From Candidatus Woesearchaeota archaeon (GTDB lineage: Archaea > Nanobdellota > Nanobdellia > Pacearchaeales > GW2011-AR1), in assembly GCA_964344105.1 (NCBI GenBank), contig CAYFMD010000005.1, forward strand, positions 1 through 56,799: a stretch of DNA of 56,799 bases, in the 5' to 3' direction. Of the stretch, positions 1 through 10,506 are shown one piece after another (position 1 is the stretch's first letter; each line of letters starts with the position of its first letter). Both the position numbers and the translations under genes were made by a program. The notes under the pieces were generated by a model. It was not told where the DNA came from. It did no database searches and was given only the letters and a program-made list of their open reading frames with translations.

Positions 1-1346
1 GGAGGAGAATATGCATAACCCTCCTCGTAAGCATACCAATAAGTAAATCCTCCTGCAGTAATACCTCCAATAACGCTCAACCCCACAGGACCACCCAACG
101 CCACACTAGCGACTGCAACAGTAACAACTCCAGCAGTTTTACCAACAGTTAACCATTGGCCTTCTGGAGCTATATTAAACACAATACCATACCCATTCCT
201 CTGATCAAGATTTAGGGTCCATTGGCTTGGATCGGGAGGGACTATAACATTATTACCAGTATTAATATAATATTCATAATCCCTAATCAATCCCTGAACA
301 CCATCAATACCAGGATACATATATTCAAAATCGGTCCTACCATTAAGGTCTCGAGTAGTCAGATAAGAATAGAACTCTAAGAATCCGATAGGCCTCATAG
401 GCAATCTCTTCAATTCCTCATCAAAAACAATTCTATTACAAATAACTCCATAGTTTTTCTGTTCTAAATGGTCCTCACCCACAAAATTCAATTTACCCTC
501 TCCTAACATATCATGGCATCTAACCATTTGATCTGCAAACACCTCCATTATTTCACGCCTAGTCTGACTACAGGCCTCCACTAATTCGCCTTCCTCATCA
601 TAAGGAACAACTAATTCACCTTGTTCATTTAGTGTAAACTTCAAAGGATTATTACGGTCATTAGTTAGAGGAGGTTGTTTTTGGCCAGAGATCACAACAT
701 CCTTAACATTATGATTATTCCTCTGACCAATTATCTCAATATATCTAGTATATCCATGATCATGTTTATTGAAAAGAACATATGTATCAACATTAGGAAC
801 TACTATCTCAATTCTCTCTTTTGTAACTATTCTAACATTTCTAACATGAAATATTCCTCCCCCCTCAACAATCCGGACATAACCTTCTCCATCTCCAAGA
901 GGTTCAAACCATCGGTCCTCTATTCTAACCTCATCATTGATAATCAGACCCCCTGCATTCACATCAAAGCTATCTCTATCAATCTGATCAGCAGAAGGAG
1001 GATCAAAATTAACCCCCGGAGTTCTTCTTTCAACCTTGCAAGGAGTTATTCTAATCTTTTCAACAGGATTTTCTTTAGTTCCAGAAACATCATTACAATC
1101 CTCGCCAGAAACAGTCAAACAAATTTTTCTCGTCTTACATTCCAGTTCAATTGCTTCAGTAGCTTTTAAGGCCCCAAAATTCAAACTACTCCTTAGAACA
1201 ACGGACTGCTTGCAAGCCTGCTTATCTATATCTTCCTTAAAGTCAACTTGAGATATTAAAAAGAAGATTGAGAAAACACTAGCTACCAAAATTACAACCC
1301 CTACAATGTATGCAGTTAAGATCGCTCCTTTTTTATCCATCATCAT
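1..1346 (-). CDS. Pilin-like protein with class III signal peptide (runs off the left edge, 3' end missing)
   Basis: Manual translation from ATG 1346: MMMDKKG|AILTAYIVGVVILVASVFSIFFL..., Cys-containing; same frame is open at the window edge (...VAVASVALGGPVGLSVIGG...). Not in the ORF track because there is no stop in the window. Confidence 0.75.
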   Translation of the reverse strand, partial: MMMDKKGAILTAYIVGVVILVASVFSIFFLISQVDFKEDIDKQACKQSVVLRSSLNFGALKATEAIELECKTRKICLTVSGEDCNDVSGTKENPVEKIRITPCKVERRTPGVNFDPPSADQIDRDSFDVNAGGLIINDEVRIEDRWFEPLGDGEGYVRIVEGGGIFHVRNVRIVTKERIEIVVPNVDTYVLFNKHDHGYTRYIEIIGQRNNHNVKDVVISGQKQPPLTNDRNNPLKFTLNEQGELVVPYDEEGELVEACSQTRREIMEVFADQMVRCHDMLGEGKLNFVGEDHLEQKNYGVICNRIVFDEELKRLPMRPIGFLEFYSYLTTRDLNGRTDFEYMYPGIDGVQGLIRDYEYYINTGNNVIVPPDPSQWTLNLDQRNGYGIVFNIAPEGQWLTVGKTAGVVTVAVASVALGGPVGLSVIGGITAGGFTYWYAYEEGYAYSP

Positions 1347-1465
1347 TGCCTCCAAAAAAATGAACCTATGTAAGTAGCTGCAATAAGCAATACTGCAACA
1401 AAAGCTGCCCAAAGTAATGCCCTTACAATCTTATTCACTGGAAACTCTCCTTCTTTATTTTTCAT
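1343..1465 (-). CDS. 40-aa small pilin-like membrane peptide
   Basis: Manual translation MKNKEG|EFPVNKIVRALLWAAFVAVLLIAATYIGSFFWRQ*. Fills the gap exactly, with ATGA overlap to the next gene. Confidence 0.7.
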   Translation of the reverse strand: MKNKEGEFPVNKIVRALLWAAFVAVLLIAATYIGSFFWRQ

Positions 1466-1466
1466 T

Positions 1467-2033
1467 TTATCTAAAAAGAGGAGTTAATAAAACCCCTCTC
1501 TCTGTAGCAGATGTTCGAATCTGATAAACCGATTTACTTAACCTCATAAATTCAACAATTTCCTCAGTATAAGTAGTCTCTTCAATCTCTTCTGTAAGAA
1601 AGTTGGCCCCCCCAGTATTTTTAATATTATACTTAATACCTCTAAACCTCAAATCATAATTAACCCCTATGCAAGAACTAGCTCCATCACAATTAAGATT
1701 ATCACAGATACACAAACAACCAATCTTGCCAATACAAGACTGAGGGAAATCCTGGAGATTATCCGCACTTGATTCAGAAAAACTTCTCAGGAACCAGTTC
1801 TTAGCAGGACTAAAAAAAGTCTCTATTCTTCCAGGCTCTTTATTCTCGAAAGTATTATCAGCAACTTCCTTGACCTTCAACAACTGAGATTGGGCCTGCT
1901 CCAAATCAGTTCCCTCATTAACAAACAATCCATATATCTTCAGCCCTATAAATACAAGCAAAACAATCACAATTACTGTGATCACCAGGTTGACTACATG
2001 CCCTCCTAAAAACTCAATTCCCTTCTTGTTCAT
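1467..2033 (-). CDS. Pilin-like protein with class III signal peptide
   Basis: MNKKG|IEF then a hydrophobic helix; Cys cluster CIGKIGCLCICDNLNC. Confidence 0.75.
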   Translation of the reverse strand: MNKKGIEFLGGHVVNLVITVIVIVLLVFIGLKIYGLFVNEGTDLEQAQSQLLKVKEVADNTFENKEPGRIETFFSPAKNWFLRSFSESSADNLQDFPQSCIGKIGCLCICDNLNCDGASSCIGVNYDLRFRGIKYNIKNTGGANFLTEEIEETTYTEEIVEFMRLSKSVYQIRTSATERGVLLTPLFR

Positions 2034-2668
2034 TCTAACCCCCAGTCGATTGCATTTTCTTTTTTGTAGCCACGAGTTCCTCTATTAATTGTATCGATAA
2101 TAAAATCTACATCCCTTAATCTTGAATCTTCCTCTTCATAACTCAAAGGGACGCTAGAGCCTCCAATATAAATCTCAAAGTTTGTATCTAATGTAAAATC
2201 ATCCCTATTGTGAACATAATGTCTAAGTATTTCTTGCAAGCCAGTCTCAAAGTCCATCTCCCTTAGATTGGTTAAGAGAGCATTCTGCGGAGCAGGATAG
2301 CTTGTAAATATATCTGATAAAACCAGCCTATTCCACTCTCTTTCAGGAACTGGCCAAGAACCCAAATGAAATTCCCAAGAAGAAACAATCTCTCCTGCCC
2401 GAGCACCAAATACCTGTCTAATAGGCATATAACGATAATAATAATTATCATTGTCATTAACATCAGTAGGATTTATCGCAACAACCACAAACTCAGGATT
2501 TTCTATATGAAAAACTTGATCCCATTCAACCTCTTCGACCTCTCCAAATCCAAATATAGGGATTATATCTCTCAAAATTCCAGGGCCTCCAGCAAAACTA
2601 ATAGCTCCACCAACTAATATCAAAACAAACACTCCAATGAACAACGCAACAGTTTTCTTACCAATCAT
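2030..2668 (-). CDS. Membrane-anchored/pilin-like protein
   Basis: MIGKK plus hydrophobic N-terminal helix; overlaps the downstream gene in the pilus operon. Confidence 0.6.
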   Translation of the reverse strand: MIGKKTVALFIGVFVLILVGGAISFAGGPGILRDIIPIFGFGEVEEVEWDQVFHIENPEFVVVAINPTDVNDNDNYYYRYMPIRQVFGARAGEIVSSWEFHLGSWPVPEREWNRLVLSDIFTSYPAPQNALLTNLREMDFETGLQEILRHYVHNRDDFTLDTNFEIYIGGSSVPLSYEEEDSRLRDVDFIIDTINRGTRGYKKENAIDWGLE

Positions 2669-2671
2669 TTA

Positions 2672-2863
2672 TCATCCCCCTCTCACCAATCTAGTAAGGT
2701 GTTCTATAATACCAACCCCTTTTGGGAGAAAATTATAAAAAAATACCCCTACAACAATTATGAGAATTATAATTCCTGCAATAATAAGTTCTATTGGATA
2801 TTCTACTTCTAAATCTCCTCTTTTATTCATCCTCTTTTCCATTCTCATATTAATAAAATCCAA
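2672..2863 (-). CDS. Small pilin-like protein (true start probably a later Met)
   Basis: MNKRG|DLEVEYPIELIIAGIIILIIVVGVFF, class III-like motif. Confidence 0.7.
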   Translation of the reverse strand: MDFINMRMEKRMNKRGDLEVEYPIELIIAGIIILIIVVGVFFYNFLPKGVGIIEHLTRLVRGG

Positions 2864-2901
2864 TTTATATTACTTACTATCCTCCATCCAGCCCCGCCCC
2901 A

Positions 2902-5064
2902 TCATCCCCCCACAACCCCTCTCAATGCGATACTTGCCAAAAAGCTCAATGCAACTACTGAAAGGAATGCCATAATCAAATACAACATACTACCTCTCAA
3001 CAAGCTCCTTCCAATTTCATGAGTATTCCTTAACTTATCCTCTCCAGCATCAATAGTAACCAAAGCACCGGTCAAAATAAATATAATCTCTATAATATAT
3101 ATTCCAATAGCTATTTGCATCTGATATGGTGGAATCATATTCTCAACATTAAATAACTGAGTTATAGTCCCCAAATTACCAAGTCCAGCAATACCTGCAT
3201 CTCCTCCAACATCTGTCAAAGTTTTCAACTGACTCAAAATACCAGTTATCATTGCAGTAAGTCCAACAACAATTCCTGCCAACAAAGGAGCCAAGAAAGT
3301 CATATTACTTCTCATATCACTAACAACATCAGCCAACAAATCTCTCAACCTTTCATTTATCTTCTGAATATTCCTAACATATTCAGAAATACTCATTAAA
3401 CTTTGAGCTGCAACCTTCAATCCCTTCTTTGCACTCTCAACCAAAATCCTCATGCTAGTTCCAATCAAATTACTTGGATAGAAAATCAAAGCACCTCGCC
3501 TAGGATCAAATACAGCACTCTCAATGCTCATTCCCATCGATTGAATGTTTGTATTAACTATCTTAAAAAAATCACTTGTCTTCTGCCCTTTTGTAGAAGC
3601 TGCAACCTTTGCAAAAGCAATCTCTGCAGGAGTCCCATCTCCCAATCTATTTCCTAAAGTAAACAAACTACTATTGAACTCTTTCTCTAAATCTGCAGTA
3701 GCATTTCTAGACTTAATCAAATTTTTAGTCCTCATATTAAAACTAATTATAAAAAACAAACTAATAGAAAAAGGAACCAAAAACCCCATCAATAATGCAA
3801 ATGCGCTAAACGGACCAACATTCTCTCCAGCTACATCAATAAATCCAAATGCATTATCTCCTAAAGCGCTCAAAAAACTAGGCAATGCAAAATCATTAGG
3901 TAATCCAATCCAGCCAGGAATTGGAGTGTATCCAAATACCAAAGGTAAAATTCCAATAAAAAATAAGGGAACGCAAATAAACCCTGCAACCCAATAAGGC
4001 TTCTTAGAAATATACTCCCCATAATTAGGATTCTTCTGTAATATATCTCCCTGACCATATCCTCCAGGACGTTTGAGCATTACTTGACTAACTAAGTAGA
4101 ATACAAAGAACGGAATTATAATATTGAATCCCACAAAAACATGATAAGTTTTAACTGCTCCCCCTAATAAGGTAGAGGCTAAAGGCAATAAAGCTAATCC
4201 CAATGTTGGAAGCACAATACCTAACATGTAAAGATTTGTCAACGGACTCTTAATCGAATGTGTATACTTCAACATCCTTTCATAAACTCCATCCAAAATA
4301 ACTTTCAAACTCCTCTCAAGAATCTGAACTCTCCTAGCTTCATTTGGTTCATACAAACTACTCTCAATTAAATGAAAACTCTCAACAAACTCTATATTAC
4401 TATCCTTCCAAAAATCCAAATAATTATCCAAACTATCTTTAATACTAGAAAACCTTCCAGTCTGAACATCCCATAATATTTTCTTGAAGTCTAAAGCTAA
4501 AGGAGCCTCGATATGCTGACTAACAAAACTAATGGCTCTTTCCAAGTTACTTGTATGTTTCATATAAATTACAGTATAAAGAACAGCAGGAACCATTTGA
4601 CTACTAGCCTTCAATCTCCATTTAACAGCCAACCTTCTCGGCATAGTGTAATAATAGTAAAAGACAAACATGCTCATTATTAAAATCAAGAACAAAAAGA
4701 AAAATGGAAAATCTGCTAAACTCCCTCCATCCAAAAACCAAATACCAACACTCAACAAACTTCCAAGAAACATCAACATAATAAAACTCATAACAGCAAA
4801 ACCTGCAACATCTCCTGGTTCCAATTCTAAGTGTGCAATAGAAAGCTGCTTTCGAATCTTCTGATCATCTTTAGCAGAAACCCTCATCTTAATTATTCTA
4901 CCAAAATTATTAACCCACCTTTCATACCTACTAAACTCAGGCAATAAATCTCTCTTAAACTTCTGATAATCCCTACTCACTCCACTAACATCCTGACGAC
5001 TCTCACTATTCATCTCATTACCAATCTTCTGAGAATACTTAGCCAACACGTCTTTTACGTCCAT
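2902..5064 (-). CDS. Type IV pilus/T2SS F-family (TadC/ArlJ-like) membrane platform protein
   Basis: 720 aa, two cytoplasmic domains each followed by TM helices; next to the secretion ATPase and pilins. Confidence 0.8.
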   Translation of the reverse strand: MDVKDVLAKYSQKIGNEMNSESRQDVSGVSRDYQKFKRDLLPEFSRYERWVNNFGRIIKMRVSAKDDQKIRKQLSIAHLELEPGDVAGFAVMSFIMLMFLGSLLSVGIWFLDGGSLADFPFFFLFLILIMSMFVFYYYYTMPRRLAVKWRLKASSQMVPAVLYTVIYMKHTSNLERAISFVSQHIEAPLALDFKKILWDVQTGRFSSIKDSLDNYLDFWKDSNIEFVESFHLIESSLYEPNEARRVQILERSLKVILDGVYERMLKYTHSIKSPLTNLYMLGIVLPTLGLALLPLASTLLGGAVKTYHVFVGFNIIIPFFVFYLVSQVMLKRPGGYGQGDILQKNPNYGEYISKKPYWVAGFICVPLFFIGILPLVFGYTPIPGWIGLPNDFALPSFLSALGDNAFGFIDVAGENVGPFSAFALLMGFLVPFSISLFFIISFNMRTKNLIKSRNATADLEKEFNSSLFTLGNRLGDGTPAEIAFAKVAASTKGQKTSDFFKIVNTNIQSMGMSIESAVFDPRRGALIFYPSNLIGTSMRILVESAKKGLKVAAQSLMSISEYVRNIQKINERLRDLLADVVSDMRSNMTFLAPLLAGIVVGLTAMITGILSQLKTLTDVGGDAGIAGLGNLGTITQLFNVENMIPPYQMQIAIGIYIIEIIFILTGALVTIDAGEDKLRNTHEIGRSLLRGSMLYLIMAFLSVVALSFLASIALRGVVGG

Positions 5065-5114
5065 AAACTGATATCACCTCATACTACAAAGAGAACTATA
5101 GATTATAAATTTCA

Positions 5115-5360
5115 CTATTGAGGAGCCTCAGCAAGAACAGGAGGAGCGCCCATTACTAATTCTAAAGAAGCATCATTAACAGCTTTAAGCAATCCATGTA
5201 CTTCAAAAACACTCGACCCCCTAGTTATCTCCCCCTCAGAAACAGGAGTGTCTCCATCATAAGCAGAATAAAGCAAACCCTCATTACGCTCATCCATTCT
5301 CACATAAATTCTGTCACTATTACCAAAATCATATCCCATCAAAGAAATAACGGCTAACAA
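5115..5360 (-). CDS. Hypothetical protein
   Basis: 81-aa ORF filling the gap between ATPase and platform genes; start uncertain. Confidence 0.45.
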   Translation of the reverse strand: MLAVISLMGYDFGNSDRIYVRMDERNEGLLYSAYDGDTPVSEGEITRGSSVFEVHGLLKAVNDASLELVMGAPPVLAEAPQ

Positions 5361-5427
5361 TATTTAAACATTTATATTCAAAATTTTCACTCACAATTAA
5401 GGGAGGGTTAATTATATGTGAGTGAAA

Positions 5428-7710
5428 CTAAAACTTCCTACCCTTAATCTCCTTCATCAACCACTTCTGCCACATTGGGAAAACTCTATCACTAGTAGGT
5501 AATCCAACTTCATGCTGAACCTCTTGAGAAAACTGATGAAACATATTATTACTCAAACTATTAAATTCACTCTCCAAAATATCTGGCCTATTCAATTTCC
5601 CAGCAACATCTACAATCTCCTGCTTAATTTTCCCTCTCAATTCTATATTATCATTAACTGCATCCCAATTACCTGCCCATCCCTTGACATTACTAGCAAT
5701 ATTCTTAATTATCTCAGAATCTCCATTGATCAATTCCTCTGTAGGCTCCAAAACATCCTTATCAACATTATACCTCAACAAATCTACAAAACCTCCTTCA
5801 GCCTGAGGATCCTCATTCCAATGCTTCCTAACTTCAGACATTTGAATCATCCTCTTCTTACTCCTCAACCCATCAGTGCTCTTAACTGGATTAGCAACAA
5901 CGACAATATCCGTAGCCTTAAAACTAGTAACTGGGACACCAAGATCATTTACAACCCTATCAAAAACACCATAAGGGCTAGCACCATGAATAGTTCCTGC
6001 AACCACATTAGCCAAAGCACCAACCCTCATCGCTTCATACAATGCCTTAGCCTCCAAAGACCTAACTTCGCCAACAATCAAACTACTATCTCCCAAACGC
6101 AAAGAAGTCCTAATCCCCTCATCAGCTCCAACCTCAGAACTTTCTTTCAACAAACTACTCCTAACCTTCATCCTCTGAATATCATAATTCAATTTCCTAA
6201 TCGCATCAACAGGCAATTCTAATGTATCCTCAACAACAATAATCCTATACTTTGGCATAATTTCAAGCAATAAACTACCTAACAAACTTGTCTTTCCACT
6301 ACTTCTCGTTCCTGCAATTAACATAGTTCTAGCACCATCAATCAAAAAACTAAACAATCCAGCAGTGTAACTAGTAAGCATCTTATTCTTAATAAAAAGG
6401 TTCAAGGTCCAAGGTTTCTCTCTAGCCCTTCTTATAGCATAAGCCAAACCTCCAGGACTCAATGGCTTCTGAATTATAGCAATTCTCGCACTAACATTTC
6501 CCAACTGCAAATCAGTATCCAATATTGGATTAGCCTCATCCAATGGCCTACCAGAAATCATTCTAAACTTAGCAGCCCAGCTATCTGCATCCTCTTTACT
6601 AGGCACAATATTTGTGACACATTCCTCAAACTCACCATGCCTCAAAAAAACAGGATTCAATGAAATAGGACTATTAAGAACAATATCCTGCAACTTGCTA
6701 TCTTGCAACAAAACTTCAACCAATCCAAAACCAATAGTATGTCTAACCAAAATCTTAGCCAACATATTCAATTCATCATAATCTATCTTCAAATTCTTAC
6801 TCTCAGATAACTCCCTAAGAAGATCCCTACTAACATTAAAGAAAACTTGCCGAGTCTTCTCTGGATCCGTAAACTCTTCGGCCTTAGGCTGATGCTCTAT
6901 TAAAACATTTCTTGCCAAATTAATCAAGTCCTGCATATCCTCTTCCAATCCATATTCAGGAGGCATCAAATGATACATGGGCTTAGCATCCTTCTCTCTC
7001 TTCAAGATAGTTACCGTCGACTTATCAAAATCATCTCCAATAATATACTGATCTAAAATCTCAGCATCATCAGGCAAACTAGCAACTAATCTAGTAAATG
7101 TAAAATTAGGAATAATCTCAGGCCTAAAAAAATGAAAATAAATATCTCTATTATAATCGTAATCCGCCAAATAATTCTCAACTTTCTTAATTAACTCAGT
7201 ATCTTTCAACAGCTTATGAAATTTCTCCAACAATCTAACATAACTCAACTGATCTATCTTCATACTCTCAGAAACCATTCCTAGCTTATTCTTCTCCTGC
7301 GAAATAAATCTCTCTAACTCTACCAAACAAGTAACCGGATCTCGCTTCAACATCATAACCAAATAGCCAACATCATTATACCTTTGACCCAAAAATTCGG
7401 TATTCAAAATAGATAACTTACTGGGACTCAAAACTTTCTCTTGCTTAGTCAAAAAAGTATAAAGATTAGCTAACTCCTGCAACATAAATGTCTCCTGAGC
7501 ATTATAACTATAATTTCTCTGTTGAACCAAAACAACTCTAGAAATTCCAGGAGTCTCAATAAGAAGATCAACAACCTGATTCATAACCTCTGCATTCTCC
7601 GCAACACTAGGTACAAAATTAGCTCCCAAATAATTAACATAAAGAACCTTATTCCCAGATTCCCTCGCTATCTCATAAGCATACAACGCAGTACCAGGTT
7701 TAAATAACAT
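5428..7710 (-). CDS. Type II/IV secretion system ATPase (TadA/VirB11/ArlI family)
   Basis: Walker A GTRSSGKTS, Asp box EDTLEL, Walker B region SLRLGDSSLIVGEVR, His box GTIH. Confidence 0.9.
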   Translation of the reverse strand: MLFKPGTALYAYEIARESGNKVLYVNYLGANFVPSVAENAEVMNQVVDLLIETPGISRVVLVQQRNYSYNAQETFMLQELANLYTFLTKQEKVLSPSKLSILNTEFLGQRYNDVGYLVMMLKRDPVTCLVELERFISQEKNKLGMVSESMKIDQLSYVRLLEKFHKLLKDTELIKKVENYLADYDYNRDIYFHFFRPEIIPNFTFTRLVASLPDDAEILDQYIIGDDFDKSTVTILKREKDAKPMYHLMPPEYGLEEDMQDLINLARNVLIEHQPKAEEFTDPEKTRQVFFNVSRDLLRELSESKNLKIDYDELNMLAKILVRHTIGFGLVEVLLQDSKLQDIVLNSPISLNPVFLRHGEFEECVTNIVPSKEDADSWAAKFRMISGRPLDEANPILDTDLQLGNVSARIAIIQKPLSPGGLAYAIRRAREKPWTLNLFIKNKMLTSYTAGLFSFLIDGARTMLIAGTRSSGKTSLLGSLLLEIMPKYRIIVVEDTLELPVDAIRKLNYDIQRMKVRSSLLKESSEVGADEGIRTSLRLGDSSLIVGEVRSLEAKALYEAMRVGALANVVAGTIHGASPYGVFDRVVNDLGVPVTSFKATDIVVVANPVKSTDGLRSKKRMIQMSEVRKHWNEDPQAEGGFVDLLRYNVDKDVLEPTEELINGDSEIIKNIASNVKGWAGNWDAVNDNIELRGKIKQEIVDVAGKLNRPDILESEFNSLSNNMFHQFSQEVQHEVGLPTSDRVFPMWQKWLMKEIKGRKF

Positions 7711-7759
7711 ATATCATCCTCCTCGAATCCCTAAGGAATTCAAGCTTATTAATATTTAT

Positions 7760-8512
7760 CTATGATTTAGCAATCTTCCAAAGATCATCAAAAAACAAAG
7801 AAAAAGAAGTGCTAATTGATTCAGAAGCTATATGGATACAGGTAATTTCATCTCCATAGGAAAAAATAAAAACATTATCATCTATTATCATAACAGCAGA
7901 AGGAGTCAAATGAGATATCTCTCTAACCTCAGTATATCCTAATTTATTAAAAAATTTCCAATAATCAGTATTCCTATCTGAAAAAATCATTTTAGCCTTC
8001 TTTCTCAAGCCAATTCTCTCCTTATGCCATCCCCTCCAGAAATTATTATATCTAACATTCTTAGAAGAAGTAATGCCCATGATCTTGATATCTTTAGCAT
8101 TCTCAAGAGCCTTATGAACGATAGGAGAGATTCCCCTAATTCCCTTAATTAAAGCCACATCATCCTCTCTTGCATCATTTTTCTTTAATAATTCAAGATC
8201 TGGTAAAACATTGCTCAACCTCTCTCTTCTTTCATGCAACCTTCTATCCTTCTCATTTAGATACTCTAAAATAGCCGAGGGATCATTTGCAATAAAATAT
8301 TTAACATTATTTTCAGAAATAGACTTTACCAATCCCTTATCAACCAACTTATAAAGAGTCTCATAAATCTTCCCACCAGAAACTTTACTTTCATTAACAA
8401 TTTCTCCACTCTTAGATTTGCCAATCTTCAATAAAGTAAGGTAAACCAAACTCTCATTTTGAGTTAATCCACAATCCCTAAGCAATTCTTCATACATATT
8501 ACTTACCACCAA
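7760..8512 (-). CDS. TrmB-family transcriptional regulator
   Basis: GLTQNESLVYLTLL...IYETLYKLVDKGLV HTH plus C-terminal effector domain. Confidence 0.85.
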   Translation of the reverse strand: MVVSNMYEELLRDCGLTQNESLVYLTLLKIGKSKSGEIVNESKVSGGKIYETLYKLVDKGLVKSISENNVKYFIANDPSAILEYLNEKDRRLHERRERLSNVLPDLELLKKNDAREDDVALIKGIRGISPIVHKALENAKDIKIMGITSSKNVRYNNFWRGWHKERIGLRKKAKMIFSDRNTDYWKFFNKLGYTEVREISHLTPSAVMIIDDNVFIFSYGDEITCIHIASESISTSFSLFFDDLWKIAKS

Positions 8513-8602
8513 GTGGGAGGCATTATTTAAATATTAATAATATTAGTCATTACTATAAAATAACAACATTAAATAAACTAATGTAAGGAGGTAAAACAAA
8601 AA

Positions 8603-9061
8603 ATGAAAGAAATAACAAAAAGACTAGGAATGGCTGGAATGGCAGGATTAGTATGCATAAGTTCCTTCCTAACAGGGAGACTATACGAATCAGAAAATCC
8701 AAAACCCCAACCAATAGAGGTAACCATAACCCATAGTAACACTGCAGGAAGTGATCAAAATACCTATGGAAACATAAGAATTGGGTCAGGAGAAAATGCT
8801 ATTGAACTAGAAGGATTAGGAAAAATGGTTGATAGCTATAGTCCAGAAAAAACTTCAGAAATGAGCGAACAAGAGTTATCTGATAGCATGAGAGATCACA
8901 TAATCAGATCAACCTCAGATGGATTTAGATACGAATATGGTAAGAAAGTGCCACTAATTGATGAAATCCCTTATGAAGTAACTGCTAAAAAAGGTTCATA
9001 TGGGGGCGAAGGAGGAAACTGGGAGTGGAACACATTCCAACTTACTCCAAAATCTAGATAA
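8603..9061 (+). CDS. Hypothetical exported protein
   Basis: Strong SD AAGGAGGT; N-terminal hydrophobic segment. Confidence 0.65.
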   Translation: MKEITKRLGMAGMAGLVCISSFLTGRLYESENPKPQPIEVTITHSNTAGSDQNTYGNIRIGSGENAIELEGLGKMVDSYSPEKTSEMSEQELSDSMRDHIIRSTSDGFRYEYGKKVPLIDEIPYEVTAKKGSYGGEGGNWEWNTFQLTPKSR

Positions 9062-9067
9062 ATTTTA

Positions 9068-9100
9068 GAGCCAAAAGGCTCCATTTTATTTTTTTATTTT
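9068..9100 (+). terminator. Hairpin plus T-tract terminator
   Basis: GAGCC-AAAA-GGCTC (9068-9081) followed by a long T-rich run, just after the stop at 9061. Confidence 0.5.
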
Positions 9101-9155
9101 ATTTCCATAACAAAAACAATTTAAACCTCTTAAGTCTCTTAATAATACAAAAAAG

Positions 9156-9545
9156 ATGGCTGAAGAACAATATCAAAATCCAGTAAATTCATTACTGGCA
9201 GAGTTTGGAACGAGATTAAACGAAGTAGAAGAAAAGCAACGTTTAGTAAGAGACCGAGCACTTTTAATAGGTGAAAATCTTATATCTACAAAAGAGGAGT
9301 CAGAAAAAAAAGACTTTGATCTCAAAAGTCAGATAAATGAGATTAATCTAGAGATTAGAAATCTAAAACAGCTAGTCCATAGAATAGTCAACGAGATTCC
9401 AACTTTCGCAAGGAGATCTGAGATAGAACTTCTAGAAAGTCAATCAAAAATATTCCAACCACTGGAATTAACAACAAAAAAAGAAGTTGAATTAATGATA
9501 GAAAAAGCAATGAAAAAACAAAAAGGAGGAACAACTACGAAGTAG
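9156..9545 (+). CDS. Coiled-coil hypothetical protein
   Basis: Heptad-rich 129-aa ORF. Confidence 0.7.
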   Translation: MAEEQYQNPVNSLLAEFGTRLNEVEEKQRLVRDRALLIGENLISTKEESEKKDFDLKSQINEINLEIRNLKQLVHRIVNEIPTFARRSEIELLESQSKIFQPLELTTKKEVELMIEKAMKKQKGGTTTK

Positions 9546-9593
9546 CATCCTTAGGAAAGCTACATCGAAGAAAACCTTAGGTTGTCTTAGATT

Positions 9594-10454
9594 ATGGTAA
9601 TGGAGCAAATTTCACAAATGAAGCAGCAGGGAATGCAGACCAAAGATATAATTCAAAATCTTAAGCAGCAAGGAATATCCCCTAAGGAGATCAATGAAGC
9701 ATTATCCCAATCAGAAATAAAATCTGAAATTACAAATACTCAAGGAGTATTTCCAGGTGCACCAACGACTTCAGCAAGCCAACCTGCCCAACAAAGTCCA
9801 GCAGGTCAGCCTCCTGCACAACCAGGACAAACATCAACTCAGCAAACGCCTTCTACTGCAGAAATGCAGCCATCAATAGGACAAACAGGTATGCAACAAC
9901 AAGCATCAATGGACATGCAAACTCCAGTACCTGCTATGAACCCTCAAATAAGCCAACCAGCAGTATTAGAACCTGCAACACAAGACTATTCACAATACCA
10001 AGAATATGCTCCAGAAGGAGACGCTGGCTACTATCCCGAATATTCAGGAGGAGGCGGAGGAACAGCAGACATAGAAACAATCAACGACATATCATCACAA
10101 TTAATAGATGAAAAAACAAAACATTTCAAAAAAGAATTTTCAGAATTTACAGGATTCAAAAAAGATTCTCAAAATAAATTAGAAGAATTGGATCAAAGGC
10201 TAACTAAAATAGAGGATCACATTGAAGAGCTAAAAATGGCCATAATCAGAAAAATAGGAGATTATGGAGATGACATCAATAAACTTGCAAATGAAATGCA
10301 AGCAACTAGGGATTCATTTGGAAAAATAATAAACCCTCTAACTGAAAATGCAAAAATGGCAAAAGCAGTAAAAGAAGCCCAACCTAAAACTGAATCAAAA
10401 CCTAAAACACAAAAATCATCAAAAGCTGACACCTTTGAGGATTACCTACGGTAA
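9594..10454 (+). CDS. Hypothetical protein: helical N-terminus, Q/P-rich linker, C-terminal coiled coil
   Basis: Composition of the translated ORF. Confidence 0.7.
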   Translation: MVMEQISQMKQQGMQTKDIIQNLKQQGISPKEINEALSQSEIKSEITNTQGVFPGAPTTSASQPAQQSPAGQPPAQPGQTSTQQTPSTAEMQPSIGQTGMQQQASMDMQTPVPAMNPQISQPAVLEPATQDYSQYQEYAPEGDAGYYPEYSGGGGGTADIETINDISSQLIDEKTKHFKKEFSEFTGFKKDSQNKLEELDQRLTKIEDHIEELKMAIIRKIGDYGDDINKLANEMQATRDSFGKIINPLTENAKMAKAVKEAQPKTESKPKTQKSSKADTFEDYLR

Positions 10455-10506
10455 TGCTCGAACCAACTATCCTTCTTTCTAAGATTACCTTCGATAAATA
10501 AAAAAA

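Noticed and set aside
675..1251. Plus-strand ORFs 675..1169 and 1036..1251
   Set aside because: Antisense shadows of the minus-strand pilin-like gene that runs off the window edge.
3403..7707. Plus-strand ORFs inside the platform and ATPase genes (e.g. 5512..6222), and similar antisense ORFs throughout the window
   Set aside because: They lie wholly opposite well-supported genes, have no motifs, and reflect codon bias on the coding strand.
2902..7710. Archaellum (ArlI/ArlJ) assignment
   Set aside because: No archaellin, ArlH or ArlF/G is recognisable; a generic type IV pilus-like call fits better.
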